Shown in pieces: positions 1 through 9,382 of a stretch of DNA of 29,662 nucleotides. Every line of letters starts with the position of its first letter. Positions within the stretch are counted from its first letter, which is position 1. The stretch lies in IMG/VR virus record IMGVR_UViG_3300017482_000059, one strand, 5' to 3'. The stretch is from a virus. A program made the translations under genes and the position numbers. Under the pieces are notes generated by a model, which was not told the origin of the DNA, did not search any database, and saw only the letters and a list, made by a program, of their open reading frames with translations.

Positions 1-134
1 ATCCCAGCCAATTTCTGATTAAGGTAACCAATATACCCAATATAAATAATCGTAGGTATCAACAATATATATAATACTGTGACCAACACTGCTAAGTTGT
101 CCCTCCATTCATCATCCAGTTTCAAATTGTCCAC
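1..134 (-). CDS. Partial small membrane protein, runs off window start
   Basis: Open frame from GTG at 134: MDNLKLDDEWRDNLAVLVTVLYILLIPTIIYIGYIGYLNQKLAG..., one hydrophobic segment; TTTTAAATA box at about 160-169 upstream. Not in the ORF track; start uncertain. Confidence 0.45.
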   Translation of the reverse strand, partial: MDNLKLDDEWRDNLAVLVTVLYILLIPTIIYIGYIGYLNQKLAG

Positions 135-170
135 CTTTCCATTTCCGTACTCACCAACAATATTTAAAAG

Positions 171-617
171 TCACCGGTTTTTAGTGAGTTTGTTTAATAA
201 CCCGACCACGGTATTGACCCTTTCGTTGAAGGCGGTAAGGGGGATGAAATAATAAGGAATACCGAACTCCGGATCCTCCTGTGCTATAAGTATTAAGTGA
301 CTTTCACCGCAACCCTCTACTCCCTTTAACCCTTCCACTTCTCCCCTCAACTGTTTTTCGTCGACCTCATTGCCCATCTTGATTTCGAAACCTATACATA
401 TTTCCTTTTTAGAATTCATGACCCTGTAAAAAACGTCTACTCTTTTCCTGTTAGGTAAAAGTTCCTCTTTATTAGAATATATCACTTTCACAATTTTTCT
501 AACCCATTCGTCTTTAATATAGGTCTGTAATATAGTTATGACGAACGTGCTGTCGTGCTCAATTATACTCTCTATAAGGTCGTGTAAGTAAACCAAATTA
601 GAGAAATTGTTGGTCAA
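171..617 (-). CDS. PD-(D/E)XK superfamily nuclease-like protein
   Basis: RVDVF...IGFEIK followed by a QL helix matches the (P)D...(D/E)xK restriction-endonuclease-fold motif; overlaps the parA stop, so probably co-transcribed. Confidence 0.6.
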   Translation of the reverse strand: MTNNFSNLVYLHDLIESIIEHDSTFVITILQTYIKDEWVRKIVKVIYSNKEELLPNRKRVDVFYRVMNSKKEICIGFEIKMGNEVDEKQLRGEVEGLKGVEGCGESHLILIAQEDPEFGIPYYFIPLTAFNERVNTVVGLLNKLTKNR

Positions 618-1554
618 CCCTGACCCTCCTCACGACTTCCTTGGGGATCTCAACAAATACCTTAGAGAAGAACGCGTAGAGGTCTTTTTGGGCCTTATTG
701 TCCACTAAGAACAATTTATCGAATATATCGGAGATAGGGGCCCTCTTTTCGTCCCTCCATATCAAGTCCGATAGGTATTCCTTTCTCGACGAAAGGATGT
801 AGTCCTCCGGGTTGTCCTTATCGGCACCGAAATAAGGAGGATAAATCACGTGGTCTTTGAGTATTGAGTTACTTAATTCTTCTTCTAGAGTTTTGTTATG
901 CTCTTTCAATATCGCAGTAGAATTCTTTCTCACTTTGGTCAGGACAACACCTAATACCCTCGGGTATTTGTAAAGCCCTCCTCCGGGTTTCGGTAATATG
1001 TATTTAGGAAGTGCTTCGGTCAGAAATACCTTCATCGCATGGAAAGCTTCAGGGGTTCCGTCCTCAGGTATTAAGAGGTAATGTGATGCCCTCAAAACCG
1101 GCTTAATTGTTATAGTGTCAGATGGGGCAGTGTCAATAAGGATATAATCGTATTGGTCTCTGTAAAGATCCATCATCCGTAATATGTTCCACTCGGATTG
1201 TATTGGGATATAACCCTCAAACATCAGCTTAAAAATGCTCATATAGGATCCCGGGATCACGTCTATGCCGAACTTAAGACCTCTACCTTCATGATAGAAC
1301 TTTATCCTCATAGGTTCAATAGTCCTCAATAGGGCAAAAGCACTCCTGTCTTTAGAGACATCATCGGACGACTTGAGTATTTTTAACCTGTCCTCTTCGT
1401 TCACGAATATTTGGGTAAGTGACATCTGTGCGTCGAAATCTATTAACAGAACCCTCTTCCCCATTGCACCTAAACCCATCGCTATTACTGCGGTAGTCGT
1501 AGTCTTCCCTACCCCTCCTTTGAAGTTATGAATCGTGATTATTTTAGCCATCAC
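598..1554 (-). CDS. parA: ParA/Soj Walker-type partition ATPase
   Basis: Deviant Walker A KGGVGKTT, LLIDFDAQ, Walker B YILIDTAP; 318 aa; last gene of aspA-parB-parA. Confidence 0.95.
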   Translation of the reverse strand: MMAKIITIHNFKGGVGKTTTTAVIAMGLGAMGKRVLLIDFDAQMSLTQIFVNEEDRLKILKSSDDVSKDRSAFALLRTIEPMRIKFYHEGRGLKFGIDVIPGSYMSIFKLMFEGYIPIQSEWNILRMMDLYRDQYDYILIDTAPSDTITIKPVLRASHYLLIPEDGTPEAFHAMKVFLTEALPKYILPKPGGGLYKYPRVLGVVLTKVRKNSTAILKEHNKTLEEELSNSILKDHVIYPPYFGADKDNPEDYILSSRKEYLSDLIWRDEKRAPISDIFDKLFLVDNKAQKDLYAFFSKVFVEIPKEVVRRVRVDQQFL

Positions 1555-2924
1555 AGCTCCCCCTCTAAGACCTCCTTAGGGAAAACTTCTCCCTTAGGAA
1601 ACAGCCGACAGTACGGTTTTATAAATTCATAGAAAACTTCCTCCCTTTCTTTTTCAGAAAGGCCCGCTCTCTCTAAAATCTTATCAACTGTATTATACCA
1701 TAATAATGAAGCTTGTTTGAATATTGCTTCCATGTTACGCCATATTTCATAGACCTTTTCAGCGTCTTCCGTACTAATTTTCTTCTCGTCTACTAATTCC
1801 TTAACTGAAGGTACCATGTTATAAAACGAGTTTAAATCCGTTTTCGGGATATAGACTTCAACCCTTGTTAGAGGTAACCCGTCCCCTTTTTCTTCCTTTT
1901 CGGGCTTTCGGTGCACCTCCTCGGACTTAATTCGGCTTATCGCTTGAGAAACCGTGACCTCCTTGTCCAATATTTTCCGTAAGAGGTCGTCCCTTTCAAG
2001 GACTTTCCTCCCGTACTTATCGGTTATTAGTTCATTCAGGTCGCTTTCGGGAACCCGTTTATTCAGGTCTAGTAAATTCTTCTTCTTTAACAGCCTGTAT
2101 ATGTCGTAAGCCTTCTCTATGCCTATTTTCCCCTTATTTTTGTCCCCTATATAGTTAACCAACCACGGGGCTTCCTCCTTAACCTTTAAATATTTCTTTA
2201 TAGTTTCTTCATTAATCTCAATATCCGGAACCAGCCTTTTCAGCTCCTCTTTTATCTCTCTGGACTCATGTCTTACAGAAGTCGTTTTGGTGGTGGATCC
2301 GGGGGGCGGTCTGGCCGTCCAATTTGTTTCATTTGAAGTTTCCGAAATTGGAGCTGGGGAGCTCCAATTTGTCTCATTTGAAGTTGAATTATTACTATCA
2401 GAAGCGGTCGAACCGGTTCCACCATTATCGAACAGGTACTTCCGTGTATTACCTTCAGGGTTCGGCCTCTCGTTAGGGAACATATTGGCCAGCTTCGGTA
2501 CCTTTTTATCTCCCACTATAATATAATCACCCATATCTATTACCTGAGGAGATTTCGAGTTCGTCCTGATTTCCTTCTTCATTTCATGAACCTTATCTAT
2601 AAGCATAATAATTTCGTCTTTACTCAACTGTCTCCTCCTTATATTAAGGTTGACTACCATGTCGAGCTCTTCTTCCCTCCCATTAGTCTCATAAATGTCG
2701 ACAGGGATTCTAGACATCCCCAATTCCCTGGCGATCTTCAGCCTCGTATACCCGTCTATTACTTCTTTGTTTGTGTTAACTATAATAGGAAACAGGAAGC
2801 CGTCCTTAATCACCGTCTTTTTTAATTCCTCATATTGGTTATTCGTCGGCATAAGTGACTTGAATTCATTAACTTCCTTTACCTCGTTTACATCGAGTTC
2901 AGTCCTTTTAATGAATTTGGCCAC
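1551..2924 (-). CDS. parB: pNOB8-type ParB: ParB/Srx N-domain, S/T/N/P-rich linker, helical C-domain
   Basis: N-terminal PIIV...IDGYTRLKIARELG ParB motif; 457 aa; lies between aspA and parA with overlapping ends. Confidence 0.9.
   Translation of the reverse strand: MAKFIKRTELDVNEVKEVNEFKSLMPTNNQYEELKKTVIKDGFLFPIIVNTNKEVIDGYTRLKIARELGMSRIPVDIYETNGREEELDMVVNLNIRRRQLSKDEIIMLIDKVHEMKKEIRTNSKSPQVIDMGDYIIVGDKKVPKLANMFPNERPNPEGNTRKYLFDNGGTGSTASDSNNSTSNETNWSSPAPISETSNETNWTARPPPGSTTKTTSVRHESREIKEELKRLVPDIEINEETIKKYLKVKEEAPWLVNYIGDKNKGKIGIEKAYDIYRLLKKKNLLDLNKRVPESDLNELITDKYGRKVLERDDLLRKILDKEVTVSQAISRIKSEEVHRKPEKEEKGDGLPLTRVEVYIPKTDLNSFYNMVPSVKELVDEKKISTEDAEKVYEIWRNMEAIFKQASLLWYNTVDKILERAGLSEKEREEVFYEFIKPYCRLFPKGEVFPKEVLEGEL
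2345..2370. repeat. 26-bp palindrome, copy 1 (inside parB linker)
   Basis: AAATTGGAGCT-GGGG-AGCTCCAATTT; identical to 27537-27562. Confidence 0.95.
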
Positions 2925-3195
2925 CGGGTTTCACCGTTTTTTTCAATTCGTCGACTTCTTTAAAGAACTCGTCCAATAATAGTCTTCCTTTTTCGTTGAT
3001 AACATATTTTCCGTCTTTACTTTCAATGACACCTAACGCCGATAATTTCAAGACGTTAAACCTTACGGTGTGGTAGTGAGCACCTATACCTTTACTTATT
3101 TCCGAGACCGACTTCGGTTCCCCACTTTTATCTAAATACGCCAGGATCTTATAAGCCGGGTACACTTTCGGTAGGTTGTCCCTCACATTCATCAC
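2908..3195 (-). CDS. aspA: AspA-like winged-helix DNA-binding protein
   Basis: 95 aa wHTH (PKSVSEISKGIGAHYHTVRFNVLKLSALGVIESKDGKYVINEKG) directly upstream of parB-parA, the order known from Sulfolobus plasmid pNOB8. Confidence 0.85.
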   Translation of the reverse strand: MMNVRDNLPKVYPAYKILAYLDKSGEPKSVSEISKGIGAHYHTVRFNVLKLSALGVIESKDGKYVINEKGRLLLDEFFKEVDELKKTVKPGGQIH

Positions 3196-3234
3196 CTGCC
3201 AGTGTAAACTTTTAAATATTTAAACATTTTCCGT

Positions 3235-3537
3235 TTACCTACACCCCCCATATATAACGAAATCCCTTACCGCTTCGTCTTCCGGTCTTTTAGACCCTAA
3301 TCCCCTATATCTATTAACGCATTCCTCGAATTCATTTCGTCTTATTCTCAGGGTCTTACCCGGCCTCAATTCGTCATGGTTATTCGAATAAACCACTTTT
3401 AACTCCACTCCCTCTCCCTTTATTTTCCACGATATTACGTATTTTTCTACATCTTTTTCAGAGGCCAACCCCATTAAATAAGACAAAAACGAATCTGAAC
3501 GGGTTATAGACGTCCTTCCCGACTTCCGGGTCACCAT
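3235..3537 (-). CDS. Hypothetical protein, 100 aa
   Basis: Preceded by the conserved promoter (TATA 3568-3575) and TGACCAAAAATG leader. Confidence 0.8.
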   Translation of the reverse strand: MVTRKSGRTSITRSDSFLSYLMGLASEKDVEKYVISWKIKGEGVELKVVYSNNHDELRPGKTLRIRRNEFEECVNRYRGLGSKRPEDEAVRDFVIYGGCR

Positions 3538-3648
3538 TTTTGGTCATTATTTGATTGTAAAAAGAGGTATATAAATTTTCAGGCCTCAACTCCTCTCACG
3601 TTTCAAGCTGACCGAATAAACAATAAAAAAACGAAACTCTTTAAAGGT

Positions 3649-4386
3649 TTATTTTAACGGGTATAGGAACAGGTACATGTAGCTGGGATAGAGCTCTATT
3701 TCGAGTCCTCCGTGCTCAGGACTCTCCACTACGGCCCTAGTCACGGCGGAAAACGGGTAAATTAATTCAGCATGACCCCCGAAGCTGTACAACCCGAACT
3801 TCATGACCTCATATTCGAAACCGACCTTATGGCCGTTTATCGTAATACCCTCCACTATTTCATATCTCATTGGTTTAAACAACATAGGAGGTGTCCTTAT
3901 TATATATAACCCGTCCTGCTGACCTATAAGCTTATAATTAATTACTTTCCCTTTTTTCGCATTGATATATACCTTTATGTCATTACCTTTTACTCTTATC
4001 AGCCACCTGTCCTTGTCCATCATTTTCTCGACTTTTCTCTCTACCTCCTCAACCTCATCATAAACCAGGGACTCCGTGGTTCCGTAGTCATACCAAGCCC
4101 TCCGTCCCAACCCGGCCGGGTTCACCTTCATGTCCCGGATATAGAATATACCTTCCACCGGTTCCAACTTACCGTCCCTTATCTTGAAGCACCCCTCCTC
4201 CAACGAATTACCCTCCTTCTTAGTCTCACAGTACACGAAGTCCTTTACGAGTGAAATGCTTACTCCTGTGTACCCATCTACGAATACCTTCGGCAGTTTT
4301 ACATGCTTTTCTCCTTTCTCCTTCAACCACATACTGTTTAGTACCATCCTGCCCAAGACCTCTTCAAGACCGGGGTTCCCGACCAT
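3649..4386 (-). CDS. Hypothetical beta-rich protein, paralog of 17568-18320
   Basis: Shares PKVF(V/I)DG, EGCF, PVEGIFYI, KVNPAG, IKVYINA.KGK and SP(E/D)HG with the 250-aa ORF; conserved promoter (4417-4424). Confidence 0.85.
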   Translation of the reverse strand: MVGNPGLEEVLGRMVLNSMWLKEKGEKHVKLPKVFVDGYTGVSISLVKDFVYCETKKEGNSLEEGCFKIRDGKLEPVEGIFYIRDMKVNPAGLGRRAWYDYGTTESLVYDEVEEVERKVEKMMDKDRWLIRVKGNDIKVYINAKKGKVINYKLIGQQDGLYIIRTPPMLFKPMRYEIVEGITINGHKVGFEYEVMKFGLYSFGGHAELIYPFSAVTRAVVESPEHGGLEIELYPSYMYLFLYPLK

Positions 4387-4441
4387 TTTTGGTCATTATT
4401 ATAGTGGTAAAAGAGGTATAAAAAGTTTATCCTTAAAGCCC

Positions 4442-4789
4442 CTAGTCGGATGGTTCTGGCTGATAGTCGATAAAGAGGTATGGGCTTTCGAGCCTAATTT
4501 GTATGTCTTTCCCCAATAATATTTCTCTCTTTTCTCCAGCTTTAACTATTGTTATCTTCTTCGCTATAAATAGGTCTTCGATTTTTATTATTGCATCGTC
4601 TTGGATCAAGACCATTACTGGTACCGAATTGAGAGTAACGGATTTAACCATAACCCATATTAATATCCTTGATTCATCGCCATAATAACTTATCCCTAAA
4701 CCTCTTAAATTTTCTATTAATTCACTCATTTTTTGCTTTCCAGTTCTAGTACTATCTACGTTTTTTCGGGCCATTTTAGAACTAGACAT
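4442..4789 (-). CDS. Small paralog family A protein, 115 aa (start reassigned from 4819)
   Basis: TATA 4825-4832 and GGGGTACAAAAAATG leader put the start at 4789; LRGLGISYYGDESRILI motif. Confidence 0.75.
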   Translation of the reverse strand: MSSSKMARKNVDSTRTGKQKMSELIENLRGLGISYYGDESRILIWVMVKSVTLNSVPVMVLIQDDAIIKIEDLFIAKKITIVKAGEKREILLGKDIQIRLESPYLFIDYQPEPSD

Positions 4790-5027
4790 TTTTTGTACCC
4801 CAAGATATCGTTTAACCAAGCCAATATATAAATCTTTACCTAGTTTAAGGCTAAAAAATAACCCTACATTATTAATAATACCTTATGCTTATATGCCACT
4901 TATGTTTCCTCTCGTTCATGGGATCGTTATCCATAAATAGTCCTTATCTTCATTGATAACACGTAATACTTTTTTGAAATCACTGAAAAATATTTTTATA
5001 TTATAAGGGGTATAAAAAGTTTATGCC

Positions 5028-5348
5028 TCAGGCCGGTATTACCCATAAATGGTCTCTGTAATACCCCGCTTCCGACTTTTTAGGGAAATAGAGGTAAAGC
5101 CGTTTACCGGTATCCTCATTAATTATTCGTAAGGATTTATCGAAGTCCCTAAACGATATGTTTACGTTGTCCTGGTAGACCTCTATATACCCGAACGTAC
5201 CGAGGGCCATACTATGTAGCTGGCCCCTTATTACCAATTCGGGAAATTCACCGGGAAGATAAGCAGGGAGGTAGGTAGCTTTAACACCTACACTTTTCAG
5301 GACTTCTAATGCCTGGGACGGTTTCTTCCACTTCACGAACTCGGACAT
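5028..5348 (-). CDS. Small paralog family A protein, 106 aa
   Basis: LKSVGVKA...LVIRGQLHSMALGTFGYIEV resembles 29313 VKGKLRSMGFSDFGYIIEI; conserved promoter (5379-5386). Confidence 0.8.
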   Translation of the reverse strand: MSEFVKWKKPSQALEVLKSVGVKATYLPAYLPGEFPELVIRGQLHSMALGTFGYIEVYQDNVNISFRDFDKSLRIINEDTGKRLYLYFPKKSEAGYYRDHLWVIPA

Positions 5349-5388
5349 TTTTGGTCATTATTAATAATGAAAAAGGGGTATAAAAAGT

Positions 5389-5706
5389 TTACATCACCGT
5401 TTTCGTTAATTGGTTCCTTATTCCGTTAATTAGCGGGAAATATGAATTAAACCGTTTTGCGAATAACCAATAACCGATGATTTTTGCATGGTCTTTTTCG
5501 TCTATTTCATCTATTCTCCAACCTCCTCTCAACATATTATAGATTCTGACTATATTTTTGGTGACATATTCTTCGGGTGATAAAACTTTACTGTATTTAG
5601 CATCACCTGGATATTGAATAACGGCGTCACCAGGAGGTGTGCCATCCCACTGACCGTCCTTAATCTTATATATCTTAATCATTGACCCTTGTAAATTATG
5701 TTTCAT
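5389..5706 (-). CDS. Hypothetical protein, about 105 aa
   Basis: Open frame with protein-like composition; start may be the internal Met (MIKIYK). Confidence 0.6.
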   Translation of the reverse strand: MKHNLQGSMIKIYKIKDGQWDGTPPGDAVIQYPGDAKYSKVLSPEEYVTKNIVRIYNMLRGGWRIDEIDEKDHAKIIGYWLFAKRFNSYFPLINGIRNQLTKTVM

Positions 5707-5933
5707 CTTGTAGTTTATGCCGATAACACGGTGAGAACGGATTTGGAAATTAGGGTCTTTTCGGCGTCCGGAGGTAGTTTAATTCCATATGTTCTTGTGT
5801 AATAGGTTAATGCGTCTTCATTTTTCTTACCGAATTTTCTAGACCAATCGATAAGACAAGGAATACCGAAAATTATGGTGTGAAGGTATAAATTATGATT
5901 ATTGAGTCCTGAAGGAGAAAAAACGGGTTTAAC

Positions 5934-8465
5934 TCAAAGCTCGCAGGTCTTACAACCACCCGCATAGTTCTCGGCTACTTCGACGAACTCCTTCTCAACC
6001 CTCAAGCCAGAAGGTAAGAGCTTGGACTCCTTCTGTCCTTTCTGAACCTTTTCTTCTCCCTCTTTCGCTTTTTCTTCCTTTACTTCTTTCTCCTTCTTTA
6101 TGCCGAAGTATATCACTTGGTGGCCCTTACTCTTGTCCCTATACACGGTTACGCCTTTAATCCCTAATTTCCACGCCATCATGTAGACCTTTTCAACCGT
6201 TTCTACGGGTTCTTCAGTCCTGAGGTTTATGGTCTTGGAAGTCCCTGAATCGTTCCACTGTTGCCAGCTAGCTTGGTGTAGCAAGTGGAACTCGGGTGAG
6301 ACCTCGTGGGCCGTCCTGAAGAGCCTCCTTATTGTTTTCGGTATATACGGGTTCTCACCTACTGTCCCGGTTTCAGCTACCTTCTCTATTACTTCAGGAG
6401 AATTTAATTCATATACCTTCAAGAATTCCAAGAACAGCGGGTCTATCTCTATGAACTTCCCAACACTGACGTTCCTGATAAAAGCTAATGCGAATAACGG
6501 CTCTATAGATGAAGACGTGCCGGCGATTATCGAAATAGTACCGGTCGGTGCTATGGAGACTACAGTCGCGTTCCTCAGGCCGTACTTTAACCTCTCGTCC
6601 TTGACTTTAGACACATCTATATTTTCCGCTACTTCAGCAATTTCCCTTACGTAATCGGAGACTTTCCCATCAACACCGGCTACCCTTAAAAGTCCGTCTA
6701 ATGGTTTAGCTAACTCGAATATGTCCTTATAAAGTCTGGCGTCATAAGACGGGAAGCTACCTTTTTCTTTCGCTAACCCTATTGACGCCATCACGGCATG
6801 GTAATAGATGAACTTAGCTAATTGGTATGACAAATATACGGCATCAATACTATCATAAGGTATTCCTAACTTAATCAACATCCTGGCTAAACCCATTACA
6901 CCTAACCCTACTTTCCTCGTCCTCTTCGTGGCCTCTTCTATTTGTTTCAACGGGTACCTATTGGCGTCTATCACGTTGTCCAAGAGCCTAATAGCTACCC
7001 TTATTGTATTAGCCAAATCGTCCCAATCAATAGTTGGCTTACCGTTGACCTCCTTGACGAACTTCTCGAGGTTTATTGAGCCCAAATTACAAGATTCCCA
7101 AGGTAGTAAAGGTTCTTCTCCGCACGGGTTAGTCGAGTTTATCTTACCTAAATACCATGTAGGATGTCCTCTATTAATTGTGTCTATGAACAATAAGCCC
7201 GGGTCACCGCTGTCCCATGCCCCTTTTATTATTTCTCCAAAGAGTTTTCTTGCGTTGACCCACTTAACGGTTGCACCTTCTTTTTCAGCAATAATTAAAG
7301 CCTCATCAACCGTTATAATAACGCTTTCATCGAGGTAAACCGAACCTCCCCTCTCCTCTAACTCCCTCAGTATTTCTTCTTGTACCCATCCTTCTTCCAT
7401 ATACCCTCTGGCCTTAGTAATGATGTATTCGTGACTTTTTCCCGCTACCAACGTCTTCCTCGGGTTTATTAAAGGTACATTTTCACCTCTCTCGACCTTC
7501 TCCATAAAGTAGTCGTAAATACCTACGGAAATGTTGAAGTTCTGTAATTGGACATCTTTCAGTTCACCTGTCTTAGACCTTATAAATTCTTCAATATCAG
7601 GGTGCCAGATATGCATTACTCCCATATTAGCTCCCCTCCTTTTACCTCCTTGTTTCACTACGTCAGTACTCACATCGAATACTTTCATGAACGAGACCGG
7701 GCCGGAAGCTACTCCTGCGGTCGAAGCTACTATATCCCCTTTAGGTCTGAGTTCACTGAAGTCGAAGCCGGTACCTCCACCTTGTTGGTGAATTAGTGCC
7801 ATAGCCTTTAAAGCGTCGTAAATACCGTCTCCATCAGGAGCGGTCATCGAATCTTTAATTGGAACCACGAAGCAGGCTGAAAGTACCCCCATCCTAGTAC
7901 CCGCATTCATCAAGGTCGGCGAGTTAGGTAAAAATTTTAGGTCACTCATTATAGAATAAAACTCTTCCTCTATATTCCTTATATCTTCCTCCGACTTACC
8001 ATATTTCCGTTCAACTTCAGCTAAGAACTTCGCGACTCTCCTAAACATCATCTGCGGAGTTTCAATAAACCTTAATGTATTCGGATCCTTGAGGAGGTAC
8101 CTGGACTCCAGAACCTTGAGGGCGTTGTAGCTTAGTAAAAGATCCTTGGGGTCGAAGTCCTTCCACTTACCTTTACCATAAACGTGGTTGTAGATCCTAG
8201 CCAGCACGAACTTCTTAGCGAGCTCGAAGAACCTCGCGTCCTTGACGCCGTTCTCTACGAGGTTCCTCTCGATTATGTCAGCCACAGTCCTAGCCTCGAT
8301 CACCCCGTCCTTGGAGGACTTGGCTATGTCGTTGAATATGTTGTCCGCTATTTCGTCGGGGATGGGAAGCTTGGAGAGTATTTTCTCGGGCTTGAACTCT
8401 TCCCTTCTTCCGTCCCTCTTTATGACCGAGACCTTCCTCAGCTGTACGAGGATAGTGGACTCCAT
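5934..8465 (-). CDS. nrdJ: Class II (adenosylcobalamin-dependent) ribonucleotide reductase with N-terminal ATP cone
   Basis: ATP cone VIKRDG..E.F; [33 protein letters not shown] (thiyl Cys), [17 protein letters not shown]-terminal CKTC. Start likely the ATG at 8465 rather than 8552. Confidence 0.95.
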   Translation of the reverse strand: MESTILVQLRKVSVIKRDGRREEFKPEKILSKLPIPDEIADNIFNDIAKSSKDGVIEARTVADIIERNLVENGVKDARFFELAKKFVLARIYNHVYGKGKWKDFDPKDLLLSYNALKVLESRYLLKDPNTLRFIETPQMMFRRVAKFLAEVERKYGKSEEDIRNIEEEFYSIMSDLKFLPNSPTLMNAGTRMGVLSACFVVPIKDSMTAPDGDGIYDALKAMALIHQQGGGTGFDFSELRPKGDIVASTAGVASGPVSFMKVFDVSTDVVKQGGKRRGANMGVMHIWHPDIEEFIRSKTGELKDVQLQNFNISVGIYDYFMEKVERGENVPLINPRKTLVAGKSHEYIITKARGYMEEGWVQEEILRELEERGGSVYLDESVIITVDEALIIAEKEGATVKWVNARKLFGEIIKGAWDSGDPGLLFIDTINRGHPTWYLGKINSTNPCGEEPLLPWESCNLGSINLEKFVKEVNGKPTIDWDDLANTIRVAIRLLDNVIDANRYPLKQIEEATKRTRKVGLGVMGLARMLIKLGIPYDSIDAVYLSYQLAKFIYYHAVMASIGLAKEKGSFPSYDARLYKDIFELAKPLDGLLRVAGVDGKVSDYVREIAEVAENIDVSKVKDERLKYGLRNATVVSIAPTGTISIIAGTSSSIEPLFALAFIRNVSVGKFIEIDPLFLEFLKVYELNSPEVIEKVAETGTVGENPYIPKTIRRLFRTAHEVSPEFHLLHQASWQQWNDSGTSKTINLRTEEPVETVEKVYMMAWKLGIKGVTVYRDKSKGHQVIYFGIKKEKEVKEEKAKEGEEKVQKGQKESKLLPSGLRVEKEFVEVAENYAGGCKTCEL

Positions 8466-8607
8466 AGTTGATCGGATCCAAATTCCGGGTTTTCGACTAC
8501 AAAAAGGTTTCCGACATGAGTTATGGACGGATCCCCGTAACTCCGACGTCAAAAAACCTGCATGAAAAATATAGAAAAAACATCTCCGTTTTGAGAAACC
8601 TTAACCG

Positions 8608-9075
8608 TCAACTCGGACTTCGAATTGCCCTCATTATTTCTTCCAGTCTCCTCTCGATTTCGTCGACCTCTTTATCAGACACGGGCTCACTCTCCGGTTC
8701 TCCGAGAGCGATAATGTGTTCAAGGAAGACGTTGGTAGCGTCGTACAGTGCCCTTAATATATTATTTTTTAACTGTCCGTCGCCGACCAGGACGGCGAGT
8801 TTATATAACTTCTCAATATCCCTTAATAACCTAGTGGTGTGACCGTAATCGTCATAACCGGCCTCTTTCCTTAGGTCGTCCCAATCGATGTCTTTTAAAA
8901 CATTACCATCGAGTAACGCCATTTCCCATTCCATTAAGACACTCGTATATTTTCTGAGGTATTGGTACAAACTCCTCCTCGTCGTGTCGTTTTTCGAACT
9001 CTCCACATAAAAAACCAATTTATTTAGAACCCATAACAGGTCTCCTATCTTTTTAGGGTCAAGGATTTCGACCAT
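8608..9075 (-). CDS. Hypothetical alpha-helical protein, 155 aa
   Basis: Conserved promoter (9106-9113) and GACCGAAAATG leader. Confidence 0.8.
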   Translation of the reverse strand: MVEILDPKKIGDLLWVLNKLVFYVESSKNDTTRRSLYQYLRKYTSVLMEWEMALLDGNVLKDIDWDDLRKEAGYDDYGHTTRLLRDIEKLYKLAVLVGDGQLKNNILRALYDATNVFLEHIIALGEPESEPVSDKEVDEIERRLEEIMRAIRSPS

Positions 9076-9240
9076 TTTCGGTCGATATAATGATAATGAA
9101 AATAGTATTTAAAGTTTTATCCTCCTCACGGTTTCAAGTTCTTTATAAAAACCCATACCACCTTCTTTCATCCCAAGGTCTTTAATAAAAAACTTCCTTA
9201 TTTTACTCACTCTCATAACCCGAGAAATCATATTTAAATT

Positions 9241-9380
9241 TTACATTTAATCTCTTATTGAAAGTTATACGTATTAAGGTGCGACACCTTCGTTATTAAG
9301 ACGATATCTTGCTGATGTGCATGGAAAACCTTTTTAATGAGCAATACTGCTTGTGTGTCCCCGGTTCTCGTAATTAAAAA
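9241..9380. ncRNA. Putative structured non-coding RNA next to the Nop/IS110-like gene
   Basis: ORF-less; hairpins AAGGTG-cga-CACCTT, AAGA-cgata-TCTT and AGCA-atac-TGCT, each preceded by TTAA(G/TG); TTTAAA box at 9233-9238. Transcription is not shown. Confidence 0.35.
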
Positions 9381-9382
9381 AA

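Noticed and set aside
3204-3238. Palindrome TTTAAATATTTAAA with GTAAAC/GTTTAC flanks upstream of aspA as the AspA site
   Set aside because: Explained largely by back-to-back TATA boxes and low complexity; kept only as a secondary EMSA probe.
5934-8465. Intein or intron in nrdJ
   Set aside because: Frame is continuous, length is normal and there are no splice motifs; the insert after NPR looks like a lineage-specific loop.
9109-9216. 35-aa basic ORF on the - strand (MRVSKIRKFF...)
   Set aside because: ATG is only 22 nt from the TATA start, so probably upstream of the TSS; no other support.
9356-9366. 11-nt complementarity (TGTCCCCGGTT) to the leader of the SWIM gene at 24532-24542
   Set aside because: Roughly expected by chance in a CCGG-rich 30-kb window; no convincing second half-site.
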